A stretch of 64,000 nucleotides of DNA, taken from the NCBI GenBank assembly GCA_002412065.1, contig GG730040.1, positions 2,311 to 66,310 on the forward strand, read 5' to 3'. Position 1 is the first letter of the stretch, and each line of letters opens with the position of its first letter. Below are positions 38,417-47,721 of the stretch, piece by piece. This DNA is from Candidatus Parvarchaeum acidiphilum ARMAN-4 (GTDB lineage Archaea; Nanobdellota; Nanobdellia; Parvarchaeales; Parvarchaeaceae). Position numbers and translations under genes: made by a program. Under the pieces are notes generated by a model that saw only the letters and a list, made by a program, of their open reading frames with translations, did no database searches and had not been told where the DNA came from.

Positions 38417-40147
38417 ATGAACGTAAGAGAAATAAGTCAAATAGCAAAAAAATTTGCAGAGCCATCTACAAATGTTGGTTATCTAGAGCAATGGATAAGG
38501 GAATTAGAAGCCAGAGCCTCTAGTAGCGATTCTCATTATAGAGGAGAAATAGACTTTAGGTACGCTTCTCAGGAAGAATTACCGGATCCGGGGTTTGTTG
38601 GAAATGCAGCAGGTTATCATTTCACTAAGGATATACTAAAAAGATACCATTTTCAGCCAGAGTATTACTCTGTAATGCAGATGTTCGCAGCAATAGGTTA
38701 TAAACCACTTAGACTTGCAGAATCAGTAGATCCATCAGCTTTATCAAGCTTGATGAGTATGGCATTTGAAAAGCGAAAAAATCTAGAAGACAGGGTTATG
38801 CAGCTTTTAGGAACTATAAATACAATCTTAAAATCTCTCGTTTCCACAATTAATTCGCTTACAGAGCTTGATAGAAATCTTTATTTTTATGATGAATTAA
38901 AAGACCATGATAAAGAGAAATCGGAAGCAGCAGAATTGGCATTAAAAAGGATATTCCTTGATGTTGTTGACGCTAGAAAAGGGGGAGCAAGTCTTTCGGC
39001 ACTTTCAAGATCTCCTACACAAAGTCAGGGTGGCCCGGGTTTCATAGATATAATGTCAGTTTTCTATCAGGTAAAAAGCCTTAAGGATATTCAGCAGATT
39101 GATAGAAATGAACAGTACAAAAATATACTTAAGAACAGGTATATAGAATATGAAAAATGGAAGGAGATAAACGGAAATGAACTTCGACGCAGGAAATCGC
39201 TTTATTTAGAGTATCTTAAGAGCCAGATGGGTTCATTTAATCTATATGTGGATTGGTGTTCTAGTTATCTTTCAATTCTTTCAAAAATGGGCTGGAATAC
39301 GATTACTAAGGCAAAGGATTACTTTAATAAGGCTTCAAAGCCGGATATATTCGAAAATCAAAGCTTTTCCGTTACGGCGTTTGCATATAAATCAATTTAT
39401 GCAGGAGAGTACACAGCGGAATATGTAAAGCTGTTTAAAAGTAAAGGCCCGGAAATCCCTATACATGTAGAACCTAAAAGTCTGGCAGGCAATCTTAGCG
39501 CAAGAGGGTACGAGGAGCATAAAAGGTCCTTTATTTATGACAGGATAAAAAAATATGGGCCTCTTGTTATAGCAGGTGTAAAGCTACAGATGGATTTTAA
39601 AGAAAAACCAAGTAAGGAGCCAATACAACCGCCTTACGAAGGGACTATTTACTTTAATCTATTTCCGTATTGTTTTACTCCCGAAGAATTTTATCTTTAT
39701 AAGAAAGCTCAAATATCAAAGATACAGAAGACTGTATTCGCTTCTGTTGACCAGACCGTTTTTAATTCTTTAAGCGTCATAAAAAAGGATCTAGACAAGT
39801 ACGTTAAAGAAGCCGAGGAAGAAGAAAAAGCAAAGTCAAAGGAGAAAAAGCCGCAAAAGGATTACGCTTTCTTAGATATTTATAGGGCCTTTAAAGATGA
39901 TATCTCAGGCGTTTCAAAGTCTTTTTCAAGTATTGCTCCCTCAGAAAAGCATAAAACCAGATTTGACGAAGACCAGGCAGAGATATATGAAATGCTTGTT
40001 AATTCCAAACGTTTTGGTAGTATAAGTATTAAAAGAGCGCTTGAAATGGGTTTATTTATCTCAAATAGCGATTCAACATATATATACGATGAGCTTAAGA
40101 GAAGAGTTGGTCTGCTTAATTGGAAGGCCCCTTTTTCGGTGAATTAA
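38417..40147 (+). CDS. Large conserved hypothetical, predominantly helical protein (576 aa)
   Basis: Long clean ORF with no signal peptide, TM segment or recognisable catalytic motif; heads the micro-pilin operon. Confidence 0.85.
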   Translation: MNVREISQIAKKFAEPSTNVGYLEQWIRELEARASSSDSHYRGEIDFRYASQEELPDPGFVGNAAGYHFTKDILKRYHFQPEYYSVMQMFAAIGYKPLRLAESVDPSALSSLMSMAFEKRKNLEDRVMQLLGTINTILKSLVSTINSLTELDRNLYFYDELKDHDKEKSEAAELALKRIFLDVVDARKGGASLSALSRSPTQSQGGPGFIDIMSVFYQVKSLKDIQQIDRNEQYKNILKNRYIEYEKWKEINGNELRRRKSLYLEYLKSQMGSFNLYVDWCSSYLSILSKMGWNTITKAKDYFNKASKPDIFENQSFSVTAFAYKSIYAGEYTAEYVKLFKSKGPEIPIHVEPKSLAGNLSARGYEEHKRSFIYDRIKKYGPLVIAGVKLQMDFKEKPSKEPIQPPYEGTIYFNLFPYCFTPEEFYLYKKAQISKIQKTVFASVDQTVFNSLSVIKKDLDKYVKEAEEEEKAKSKEKKPQKDYAFLDIYRAFKDDISGVSKSFSSIAPSEKHKTRFDEDQAEIYEMLVNSKRFGSISIKRALEMGLFISNSDSTYIYDELKRRVGLLNWKAPFSVN

Positions 40148-40149
40148 TT

Positions 40150-40323
40150 ATGAACAGCAAAGGACAAATGCCAACAACTGAGATTATAGCAATAATACTT
40201 GCCATAATAGTACTTTCAGCAGGTATTGTAATAGCAATTCTATTTAAAGGGGCTGGAGCGACAATCTCTAAGGATATGACTAATGTTTTTTCCTTCAGCT
40301 GGCTTTACGGTAAGGGCATATGA
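40150..40323 (+). CDS. Micro-pilin 1 (57 aa, class III signal peptide)
   Basis: MNSKG|QMPTTEIIAIILAIIVLSAGIVIAILF; ATG 2 nt after the upstream stop. Confidence 0.75.
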   Translation: MNSKGQMPTTEIIAIILAIIVLSAGIVIAILFKGAGATISKDMTNVFSFSWLYGKGI

Positions 40324-40490
40324 GCGAAAAAGGAGTTGTAAGCGGTATTTTTCTTTATATTATATTGATAATAATCGGTATATTACTAATAATCTTTTTT
40401 CTAGAGATCTTTACACCTTACAAGTTTACAGATCTTTTTAAGGCGTTTATATCAAAGTCAAACACCTTGAATGTGAGTAATTATGATTAA
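40320..40490 (+). CDS. Micro-pilin 2 (56 aa, class III signal peptide)
   Basis: MSEKG|VVSGIFLYIILIIIGILLIIFFLE...; ATGA overlap with the previous gene. Confidence 0.72.
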   Translation: MSEKGVVSGIFLYIILIIIGILLIIFFLEIFTPYKFTDLFKAFISKSNTLNVSNYD

Positions 40491-40491
40491 T

Positions 40492-40632
40492 ATGAATAAA
40501 AAAGGGGTAGAAAGCTACATTTTGCTTGTTATAATAACATTAATAGTACTGATTCTAATAGTTATATTCTACCTTTTTCTTTTCTCTCCAGGTACACTGC
40601 ATAAACTCATTCCTTCGGTGCCAATTATATAA
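40492..40632 (+). CDS. Micro-pilin 3 (46 aa; alternative start 40483)
   Basis: MNKKG|VESYILLVIITLIVLILIVIFYLFLF. Confidence 0.72.
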   Translation: MNKKGVESYILLVIITLIVLILIVIFYLFLFSPGTLHKLIPSVPII

Positions 40633-40633
40633 C

Positions 40634-40795
40634 ATGGAAGCAATTTGGTTTTATGTAATTGCTATTATCCTAGGGATAACTTTAGTTATCGTTTATATCC
40701 TGTTTGTAGGGCCTTCTGCATTGTCAAAAGATATCTCCGGGTTTTTTACAAGTATAAGCTCATCGATAACATCGGGATTTAAGAACGCATATTAA
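40634..40795 (+). CDS. Micro-pilin-like protein 4 (53 aa, no basic leader)
   Basis: MEAIWFYVIAIILGITLVIVYILFVGPSALSKDISGFF...; 1 nt after the previous stop; SKDISGFF echoes SKDMTNVF of micro-pilin 1. Confidence 0.68.
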   Translation: MEAIWFYVIAIILGITLVIVYILFVGPSALSKDISGFFTSISSSITSGFKNAY

Positions 40796-40827
40796 CATTT
40801 TTATACTTTCGATAGCTATTAGGGATT

Positions 40828-41403
40828 ATGATTACTTATAGTGAATTTCTTAGAATAAGAAGACAGGAACAGGAAGACAGCAGAACTCTTACAAAGTTCA
40901 CGGATGAAATGCTAGAAGAGATGAAAGAGTACATTGCAATAAATAAAAACTCACTGGAAGAAGCAAAGAAAATGAATGATGAGAAGAAGACTGAAGAAAT
41001 ATCTACACAGATAAAAAATGCAATATCTACCCTAGAACAAATAATAAATTTAAGGTTGCTTAAAATTGCAAGCATGTCAATATTAGATGCGGATAGTGAG
41101 CAGGCAAAAGCAAACATGCTTTCAAAGGAGATAATCCTATTTGATAATCTACTTGTTTTGTCTAAAGAACATAAAGCTGGAATAATAAACGAATTAAAAT
41201 TTATAGAGCCAAAAAAGCTGCAGAAAGTAGAAAGCGAGGATAGTGATGGCGAAAAAGTGGTAATAAAAATTCTTTCGGATATACCTAAATTTGTATGGAG
41301 AAATGATAAGTCCTATGGCCCATTCAGTTTTCCAAATATAATTGAAATAGACAAGGATGTAGCACAGATATTGATAAAAAGCGGTAAAGCCGAGAGTGCA
41401 TAA
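40828..41403 (+). CDS. gins: DNA replication complex GINS protein (Gins51 type)
   Basis: MITYSEFLRIRRQEQE..LTK, RLLKI, EIILF; C-terminal B-domain IKILSDIPKFV...YGPF...VAQILIKSGKAE. Confidence 0.85.
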   Translation: MITYSEFLRIRRQEQEDSRTLTKFTDEMLEEMKEYIAINKNSLEEAKKMNDEKKTEEISTQIKNAISTLEQIINLRLLKIASMSILDADSEQAKANMLSKEIILFDNLLVLSKEHKAGIINELKFIEPKKLQKVESEDSDGEKVVIKILSDIPKFVWRNDKSYGPFSFPNIIEIDKDVAQILIKSGKAESA

Positions 41404-42930
41404 ATGACATTTTTCAAGGAAGAAATAGAGAATAGAGAATACCAAACTAAAATATTTGAAACAGCAAAGACGGGTAATACACTTGTAGTGTTGCCAACCG
41501 GTCTAGGTAAAACAATAATAAGTGCAATGCTAGCAAATTATCGTTTGGAAAAGTACCCCTCATCTAAAGTGCTTTTTCTGGCCCCTACAAAACCTCTTGC
41601 AAATCAGCATTACAGAACCTTCTCTTCATTGCTTTCGCTTAAACAAGGTATGGCCAGCGGTTCCGTTTCAAGTAGTAGTAGAGGAAAAATCTATGAAGAT
41701 GCTCAGATAATATTTGCAACACCACAGACAATCGAGAATGACATGGAAAAAAAAGTTATAGATTTTTCTGATTTTAGCCTTTTAATAGTTGACGAAGCAC
41801 ATCATGCAATAGGAAATTATTCATATGTTAAAATCGCAAAATTGTACTCAGAACAGTCCTTTCATCCGCTTTTGTTGGGTCTTACTGCTTCCCCAGCATC
41901 AGATAGAGAAAAAATAAAGACAATATGTAGTAATCTTCATATAGCAAATGTTGAGATTCGCTCAGATGATGATCAGGATGTTATACCTTATATACAAAAA
42001 AAGGAAATAAACGAAATAAAAGTTGATTTACCCCCAAAATTAATTGAATTGTCTAATGATATAAAACTTCTCATTAGCGAGTCAATAAGTGAGTTACAAG
42101 AAACAGGGTTGCTAAAAAACACACAGAAAAGCAGAATAAATAAGGTGACTATTCTTTTACTTCAAAAAAGCCTTCAAAGGCAAATGTTGAGTGGTAAAAG
42201 AAATTATTATCTTATCAGAGGGATAATAATTACCTCCAAGCTTTTGAAGCTTTATCATGCTTATAACCTGCTTTCAACTCAAAGTCTTACTGCTTTTCTT
42301 AATTTTTTGGAAAAGATACAAAAAGGAAAAGCAAAGACAGATAAAGAGCTTTCATCTAATAGCAGGTTTATTGAAATAACTAAACGAACTTCTGAATTAG
42401 TAGAGCAAGGAATTGAACATCCAAAATTAAAGCAGCTTGAATCAATTTTTTCTAATTACTTCAATGAAGAGAAAAAAGCGATAATCTTTGCGCAGTATCG
42501 TGACACAGTGGATGTTATATGCAATAGTATATCAAATCTACCAGGGGTAAGGCCTATAAAATTTATAGGACAAGGTAAAGGAGGGCTATCACAAAAAGAG
42601 CAGGTAAATATAATAAAGGATTTTGAGTCGGGAGTATACAATGTTCTTGTTTCCACCAGCGTTAGTGAAGAGGGCATGTCAATAAAAGGCGTGGATATTG
42701 CAATTTTTTACGAAACCATACCTAGTGCGATAAGAAACATACAAAGAAGAGGGAGGGTTGGCAGATTTTCAGCAGGCAGTATCTTTATACTAATAACCAG
42801 AGGCACCAACGATGAAGGCTATTATTGGCTTTCTAAAAAAAGAGAAAAGACAATGAAAAATATAATAAAGAACATAAAAGAAAATCCAAACACAATAAAA
42901 CAAGATGGGACACTACACCCTTTTATTTAA
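41404..42930 (+). CDS. hef: Hef/FANCM-type SF2 helicase, helicase domain only
   Basis: REYQ, LPTGLGKT, APTKPL, DEAHHA.GNYSY, GLTASP, IQRRGRVGR; no ERCC4 nuclease domain. Confidence 0.9.
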   Translation: MTFFKEEIENREYQTKIFETAKTGNTLVVLPTGLGKTIISAMLANYRLEKYPSSKVLFLAPTKPLANQHYRTFSSLLSLKQGMASGSVSSSSRGKIYEDAQIIFATPQTIENDMEKKVIDFSDFSLLIVDEAHHAIGNYSYVKIAKLYSEQSFHPLLLGLTASPASDREKIKTICSNLHIANVEIRSDDDQDVIPYIQKKEINEIKVDLPPKLIELSNDIKLLISESISELQETGLLKNTQKSRINKVTILLLQKSLQRQMLSGKRNYYLIRGIIITSKLLKLYHAYNLLSTQSLTAFLNFLEKIQKGKAKTDKELSSNSRFIEITKRTSELVEQGIEHPKLKQLESIFSNYFNEEKKAIIFAQYRDTVDVICNSISNLPGVRPIKFIGQGKGGLSQKEQVNIIKDFESGVYNVLVSTSVSEEGMSIKGVDIAIFYETIPSAIRNIQRRGRVGRFSAGSIFILITRGTNDEGYYWLSKKREKTMKNIIKNIKENPNTIKQDGTLHPFI

Positions 42931-43397
42931 TTGCCAGTTATCTCAGTCTCGCAAGTTCCACCAGCAGAGTATTTTACTCCGTCTATAGAAACATTGCTAC
43001 CAGAGGTATTACCTATTATTATAGTATTAATACTTGGGTCTTTAATGGTGAAATCACCTGAGAATGAATTAATTCCTGCGGTATAATTACCTATTCTGTA
43101 TATATTAGAAGGGTTGCCATTTAAGTTACTTGCAAATACACTGTAGACTAATCCTGGGCTCCCATCTGATACAACTATCTTGAATCTATTTTGTTGAGAT
43201 GATGTGCTTATATTTGTTACATTAGCGTTGCATGGTGCAGGAGATCCGCTTCCACTATTTACTATTCCAGAGGGTAATATAGCAAAATGAAATACTGAGC
43301 TGGCTATAACTACTCCTATTATTAAAAATGAGATTAAAAGAATTATAACTATGAAATAATCAACCAAACTTGTACCTTTTAATTTGTTACTGCGCAT
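42927..43397 (-). CDS. Class III signal peptide (pilin-like) protein, start reassigned to 43397
   Basis: MRSNKLKG|TSLVDYFIVIILLISFLIIG; two Cys; Ser/Asn-rich beta domain. Confidence 0.75.
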   Translation of the reverse strand: MRSNKLKGTSLVDYFIVIILLISFLIIGVVIASSVFHFAILPSGIVNSGSGSPAPCNANVTNISTSSQQNRFKIVVSDGSPGLVYSVFASNLNGNPSNIYRIGNYTAGINSFSGDFTIKDPSINTIIIGNTSGSNVSIDGVKYSAGGTCETEITGN

Positions 43398-44863
43398 ATA
43401 TAAACTAAATTTCTCCCCAAAAAGTTTGGTTTTGATATCCCTATCTGCTGAGGCAGGGAAGCAACGAAGTAGATTAAAGACTGTGCACATTGCTCTAATC
43501 CTGTAGCGTACAAAGCCGAATAAGCAATTTTGCCGGCATATGTAACTGCGTTAGGTGCAATATCATCCTTACATATAGAGTTATTAAAGCATTCTGCAGT
43601 TCCGAATCCTGCAAGTCCTATTCCTACTAGCAATCCAGGATTTGATGGCGCAAGAAGATCAGCGCCTATTCCCGATGCAACTGCTCTTGAACATTCATCT
43701 TCTATCCCCGAACTAGGGTAATTGTTAAGGAATGTAGCAGGTTCACATTCACTTGGCAAGCTTATTGAACTAGGAGGGAGTCTTGTGCCAGCAAGAGAAT
43801 TTAAATAGACTATGTATATCTGGGCTTTGTTGATTGATTTGCTGCTGTTCGGAAGCACAAATCCACTGCTGCTTGCGTTGCTCAAATTTTTATAGCTGAA
43901 TATAAGATTATCTCCAGGTCTTAAGTAAGTCGCATATGATTCATTTACTATAGAAGTGCTTTTTACTGGCTCAGTCAAAACACAGGAAGATGGTGCTTCA
44001 TATGAATTTGTAGTACTGTCATACCCTACAGTACAATTATTTCCATTACAGAAGTTAGTATACAGGTCTGTACAAGAATCAGTTTTACCGCTAATTGTTG
44101 AACATGTGTCCAAGGTGGTGTTAAAGGAACAGCCTTGTGATTCTTCGCATAAATCACTAGATATATTCATTGCAGCTGTAGGGGGTTTTGAACCATTTAA
44201 AGGAATATACTTTGTTGCAGTATATCCTTGTGTAAATGGCTGGTAACCAGGTTCGCTTCTACAGTTAAAATAATTAGATGACTGGGCCTCGCATATACTA
44301 GGATTGCTTAAATCACATGTAAATCCGTTTAAATTTGTGCTAGTTAAAGGATCAGAGCAGGACTGCACTGAAGTATGATTAAGGCAACTAACTTCAGTAG
44401 TATAAGCATTGCTTTCAAGATAAGTTGTAAGGTTATTTATTGTAAAGTTTTTATTTATATTTACATTAATAGCTGCACATGTTGCAGGGGAACTAGTAAG
44501 TACAGTCAAACCTTGGTTTGCACCATACTGGTTCCAACAGCTGGCTAAATCAGTTGCTACTGTTGAGAATACTTGAGATGGCTGGGCGCTAGGCCCATAA
44601 CCGGAAGTTGAAGTAGTGCATCCGAAAAGAGGAGGAGCTATTCCCAGAGCCTTAAGTGTACCACTTAAACAAAAGAATTTTGATACGCAAAGCCCGTTAT
44701 AATAAAAATTAGTGAATTCAGAACTTGCATAGCATATACCGCTGTTTGAAAGCGTTATTCCTACTATTAAAAGATAGCCGGCAATTGCTACTATTACAAC
44801 TATGAATATTACTGCTAAGATTATAAATAAAATACTCTCTCCAGGTGTTTCTGCCATAATCAA
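43379..44863 (-). CDS. Cys-rich membrane-anchored secreted protein (pilin/adhesin-like)
   Basis: N-terminal TM; 24 Cys counted by eye; many N-x-S/T sequons. Confidence 0.82.
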   Translation of the reverse strand: MIMAETPGESILFIILAVIFIVVIVAIAGYLLIVGITLSNSGICYASSEFTNFYYNGLCVSKFFCLSGTLKALGIAPPLFGCTTSTSGYGPSAQPSQVFSTVATDLASCWNQYGANQGLTVLTSSPATCAAINVNINKNFTINNLTTYLESNAYTTEVSCLNHTSVQSCSDPLTSTNLNGFTCDLSNPSICEAQSSNYFNCRSEPGYQPFTQGYTATKYIPLNGSKPPTAAMNISSDLCEESQGCSFNTTLDTCSTISGKTDSCTDLYTNFCNGNNCTVGYDSTTNSYEAPSSCVLTEPVKSTSIVNESYATYLRPGDNLIFSYKNLSNASSSGFVLPNSSKSINKAQIYIVYLNSLAGTRLPPSSISLPSECEPATFLNNYPSSGIEDECSRAVASGIGADLLAPSNPGLLVGIGLAGFGTAECFNNSICKDDIAPNAVTYAGKIAYSALYATGLEQCAQSLIYFVASLPQQIGISKPNFLGRNLVYICAVTN

Positions 44864-44920
44864 TTAGTGTTTTTATTTAATAAATTAATATCTTGTTCAA
44901 TAATTTCACTCAAATTGTTT

Positions 44921-45811
44921 TTATTGTCCGGGTATACAAACGAATACTCTGCTTTGGCTGTATATCATGTAATTGCTTAATTTGCCACATAAAGGCACAT
45001 AATAGTCACACCCACTCGTTTCATTTACTACATTTAAAGAGGGGTTGCCATTACTAAGCGAGCTTACGGTTTCCCTAGTTTGGTTTGTAGTCTCATTTGA
45101 GTATGCGCATATAGCTAAGTTGTTTATTTCAGGTTGTTGGTATCTTGCAACGTATTTGCATTGGTCTGTAAAGCTTATATCGCAGTTTTTAATTCCATTT
45201 GAAGGATAACCAAAGTAAGTTACAGTATAACTTGAGTTTGAAAGGTTATCAGAAGGATTGATATAAGCAGCGTTTCCATTGCTTCCGTTTGTTATAAACA
45301 CCATTTGGAGAGGATAATTTCCATTGTAATTACTGTCGATATCACTTATAATAGATGAATAATTTAAATTTTTACTTTGGCTGATAATTGACCCTTTGTA
45401 ACAGTTAAATATTTGGTCTAGATTACTAGCTGATAGAATTTGAGACCCTATTACAGCGTTACTACCTGAGAATAAACTAAAACAGGAAGAGGCTTCAGTA
45501 TAAAATAAAGATGCAAAATTTGTGCTACCCTGTTCGTCTATATTTGAGGACTGGAGACATTCTTTTTGTACTTGTGCGGACTGCGTTGGGCTTACTAATA
45601 TATTCGAAAGCCCAAAAAATGAAGCTGCACTAGTTAGAGGAGATAAAAACGTGTTTACTATCTTATACTGTGTAAATGCCGTAAAGCAACTTAATCCAAA
45701 GTTCAATGTCCCGAAGGAAGTAATAAGGGAAAAAGATACAACTGCAAGTACTATACCCGCCACTATAACAAGTATAACAAAAGCTATTGTTAATAGGATG
45801 CCCTCCTCCAT
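44921..45811 (-). CDS. Cys-rich membrane-anchored secreted protein, probable paralog of 43379-44863
   Basis: N-terminal TM; 10 Cys; EASSCFSLFSG versus DLASCWNQYG; C-terminal VFVC versus VYIC. Confidence 0.8.
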   Translation of the reverse strand: MEEGILLTIAFVILVIVAGIVLAVVSFSLITSFGTLNFGLSCFTAFTQYKIVNTFLSPLTSAASFFGLSNILVSPTQSAQVQKECLQSSNIDEQGSTNFASLFYTEASSCFSLFSGSNAVIGSQILSASNLDQIFNCYKGSIISQSKNLNYSSIISDIDSNYNGNYPLQMVFITNGSNGNAAYINPSDNLSNSSYTVTYFGYPSNGIKNCDISFTDQCKYVARYQQPEINNLAICAYSNETTNQTRETVSSLSNGNPSLNVVNETSGCDYYVPLCGKLSNYMIYSQSRVFVCIPGQ

Positions 45812-45972
45812 TACGAGCCACCGCCCAGCAGATTTCCAAAATATGCAAATGGAGAACTACTATGAGAACTTGCATAAAATAGGATTATCACTAGTCCTAT
45901 GATAGCTACAGCTGTTATTATAACTAGAATCAACCATATAATCCTCCATTCTACGCTTCCTTTATTATTCAT
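45811..45972 (-). CDS. Micro-pilin (53 aa, class III signal peptide; missed by the ORF track)
   Basis: MNNKG|SVEWRIIWLILVIITAVAIIGLVIILFY...; TAATG overlap with the next gene. Confidence 0.78.
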   Translation of the reverse strand: MNNKGSVEWRIIWLILVIITAVAIIGLVIILFYASSHSSSPFAYFGNLLGGGS

Positions 45973-45973
45973 A

Positions 45974-46483
45974 TTACTGTCCTATGCATGCTGCACAATA
46001 AGGCCCGTCCCCAGATATGCATGCAGGCACATTTATTGCACAGTTTTGTATGTCTGTTGCGTTGTTTGCTACTATCGTACTCTCAGAACAACTAAATAAA
46101 TCGGCCGTATTAGTTGGAGATACAACACTACATGCGCTTGTTATATTTGCAGGAGGGCTGGCCATGCACGATTCTACTAAAGAGGTGTTCCCTTGTCCAT
46201 TAACCCAATAATCATAATAACACCAATGTCGGATACAGGTCTGCACTGCTGTAGCCGCGTTGAAACATGCATTTTCATCATAGCAACGAAAAAGTGCTGT
46301 ACCCTCCATCCTATTTGGATATCCATATTCTGCGCTTGTGAACTGGTTCTGTAGTAAAGCGGTGGAAGTATCGCATCCTACTGGGAAAATAGAGGAATAA
46401 TTATTGTAAAACAGAAAGAACATAGTAAGTGCTATAACTATCCCGATAATGACTTCAAAGAATAGAAACTGTTCAACATCCAT
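45974..46483 (-). CDS. Small Cys-rich membrane-anchored secreted protein
   Basis: N-terminal TM; 12 Cys in 169 aa. Confidence 0.78.
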   Translation of the reverse strand: MDVEQFLFFEVIIGIVIALTMFFLFYNNYSSIFPVGCDTSTALLQNQFTSAEYGYPNRMEGTALFRCYDENACFNAATAVQTCIRHWCYYDYWVNGQGNTSLVESCMASPPANITSACSVVSPTNTADLFSCSESTIVANNATDIQNCAINVPACISGDGPYCAACIGQ

Positions 46484-46554
46484 TTCATTCTTAGAAGGTG
46501 TTAATTTAAATTGTTTTTACATTCCCAGTCTTTAATTAATAACGGCTTTAAAAA

Positions 46555-46962
46555 TTACAATCTTTCCTTATCCGCCATTATTATCTCAAACCATTTATTT
46601 TTACCGTCTTCTATAAGAAAATACGATCCAATGACTTGCATATTTTTGTAAACTTTCAAAGCTCTGTTTCTTGCGATTTTTTCCTTGCTAATTTCTAATT
46701 TATAATATAATCCACTTTTACTTGGTCTTCTAGCATGGTTAGGTCTTGGTCTTCTAAAATCCCCCTTGCTCACTCTAACTCTTACAACTATATAACCCTG
46801 TTTGGCCTTGTATCCTACCGTTTTGGCCTTTGCTATCTTTGTAGGTCTTTCTATTCTTTGTGTTATAGGCTGATTTCTTACTGCCTGTAAGATTTCTTTT
46901 TTTCTATTATCGTTTTTGTATAATGCCATCTCATTAGCATGTATATATTTATATGATCCCAT
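46555..46962 (-). CDS. rpl15e: 50S ribosomal protein eL15, short form
   Basis: MGSYKYI, RIERPTK..KA..GYKAKQG..VVRVRV, RRPSKSG, SYF..EDG..KWFEII. Confidence 0.93.
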   Translation of the reverse strand: MGSYKYIHANEMALYKNDNRKKEILQAVRNQPITQRIERPTKIAKAKTVGYKAKQGYIVVRVRVSKGDFRRPRPNHARRPSKSGLYYKLEISKEKIARNRALKVYKNMQVIGSYFLIEDGKNKWFEIIMADKERL

Positions 46963-47006
46963 AAGGGATAAATTAAAATCTGTAAGTATAAATATCTAAC
47001 GTTATC

Positions 47007-47444
47007 TCAATTGATTATATTTCCGTTTGATGCTATGACTGGAGAGTATGAAATATTAGTTGGGGTATAATATATATAGCCGTTTCCACTGAAAGAACTT
47101 CCTAATGAGACCGAAGTTAAATTGCATTCTGTAGACTCTAAAGCAGGAAGATATGTTTTTGAGCATACAAAGTTGGTGTAATTTACTCCGGATATTATCA
47201 TTGATATCCCATCTATTTTTATATTCTCATTTAACAGGTTTTGGAATTCAATATAAAATGTAGATTTTGAAGGGATATAACCCTGCTGCAATACACGGAA
47301 ACCGGAGAATCCTGAATAACTTGGAGTTGATGTAGTCCCTGTCAGAGACGGGAAAAAAGTAAATATTATGTAAAAGATTGATGCTATTACTATTATAGCT
47401 ATCCCATACATTAGCACCATCTCAAGTGATTCCTGTGCTCTCAT
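47007..47444 (-). CDS. Archaeal pilin-like protein (class III signal peptide)
   Basis: MRA|QESLEMVLMYGIAIIVI; FSGF motif shared with 55686-56162; two Cys. Confidence 0.82.
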   Translation of the reverse strand: MRAQESLEMVLMYGIAIIVIASIFYIIFTFFPSLTGTTSTPSYSGFSGFRVLQQGYIPSKSTFYIEFQNLLNENIKIDGISMIISGVNYTNFVCSKTYLPALESTECNLTSVSLGSSFSGNGYIYYTPTNISYSPVIASNGNIIN

Positions 47445-47518
47445 ACTTGTTTTATTGGTTTTTAAAATATAAGTATGTCTCTTTGATTATTAGAAAGATA
47501 TTTTAGTCACTTTAGATT

Positions 47519-47590
47519 AGCCTTGGGTGGGTTTCGAACCCACAACCTCCTGCTTACGAAGCAGACGCTCTGCCATTGAGCTACCAAGGC
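47519..47590 (-). tRNA. tRNA-Thr(CGU)
   Basis: GCCTTGG acceptor stem, anticodon loop TTCGTAA, canonical GGTTCGAAACC T-arm, discriminator U. Confidence 0.95.
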
Positions 47591-47721
47591 ATAACATTAA
47601 AATTAATACTTAACATAAATGTATTTAATACGGGTAAATTTATTATTTTTAAGACTTACTTTTAGATAGCAAATGGCCTATAAAAATGAAAAATAATTTA
47701 ATTTAAAGCAAGTATCGTCAT

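Noticed and set aside
42927-43490. Track start at 43490 (187 aa)
   Set aside because: Would overlap the upstream gene by over 100 nt; ATG at 43397 gives a proper class III leader.
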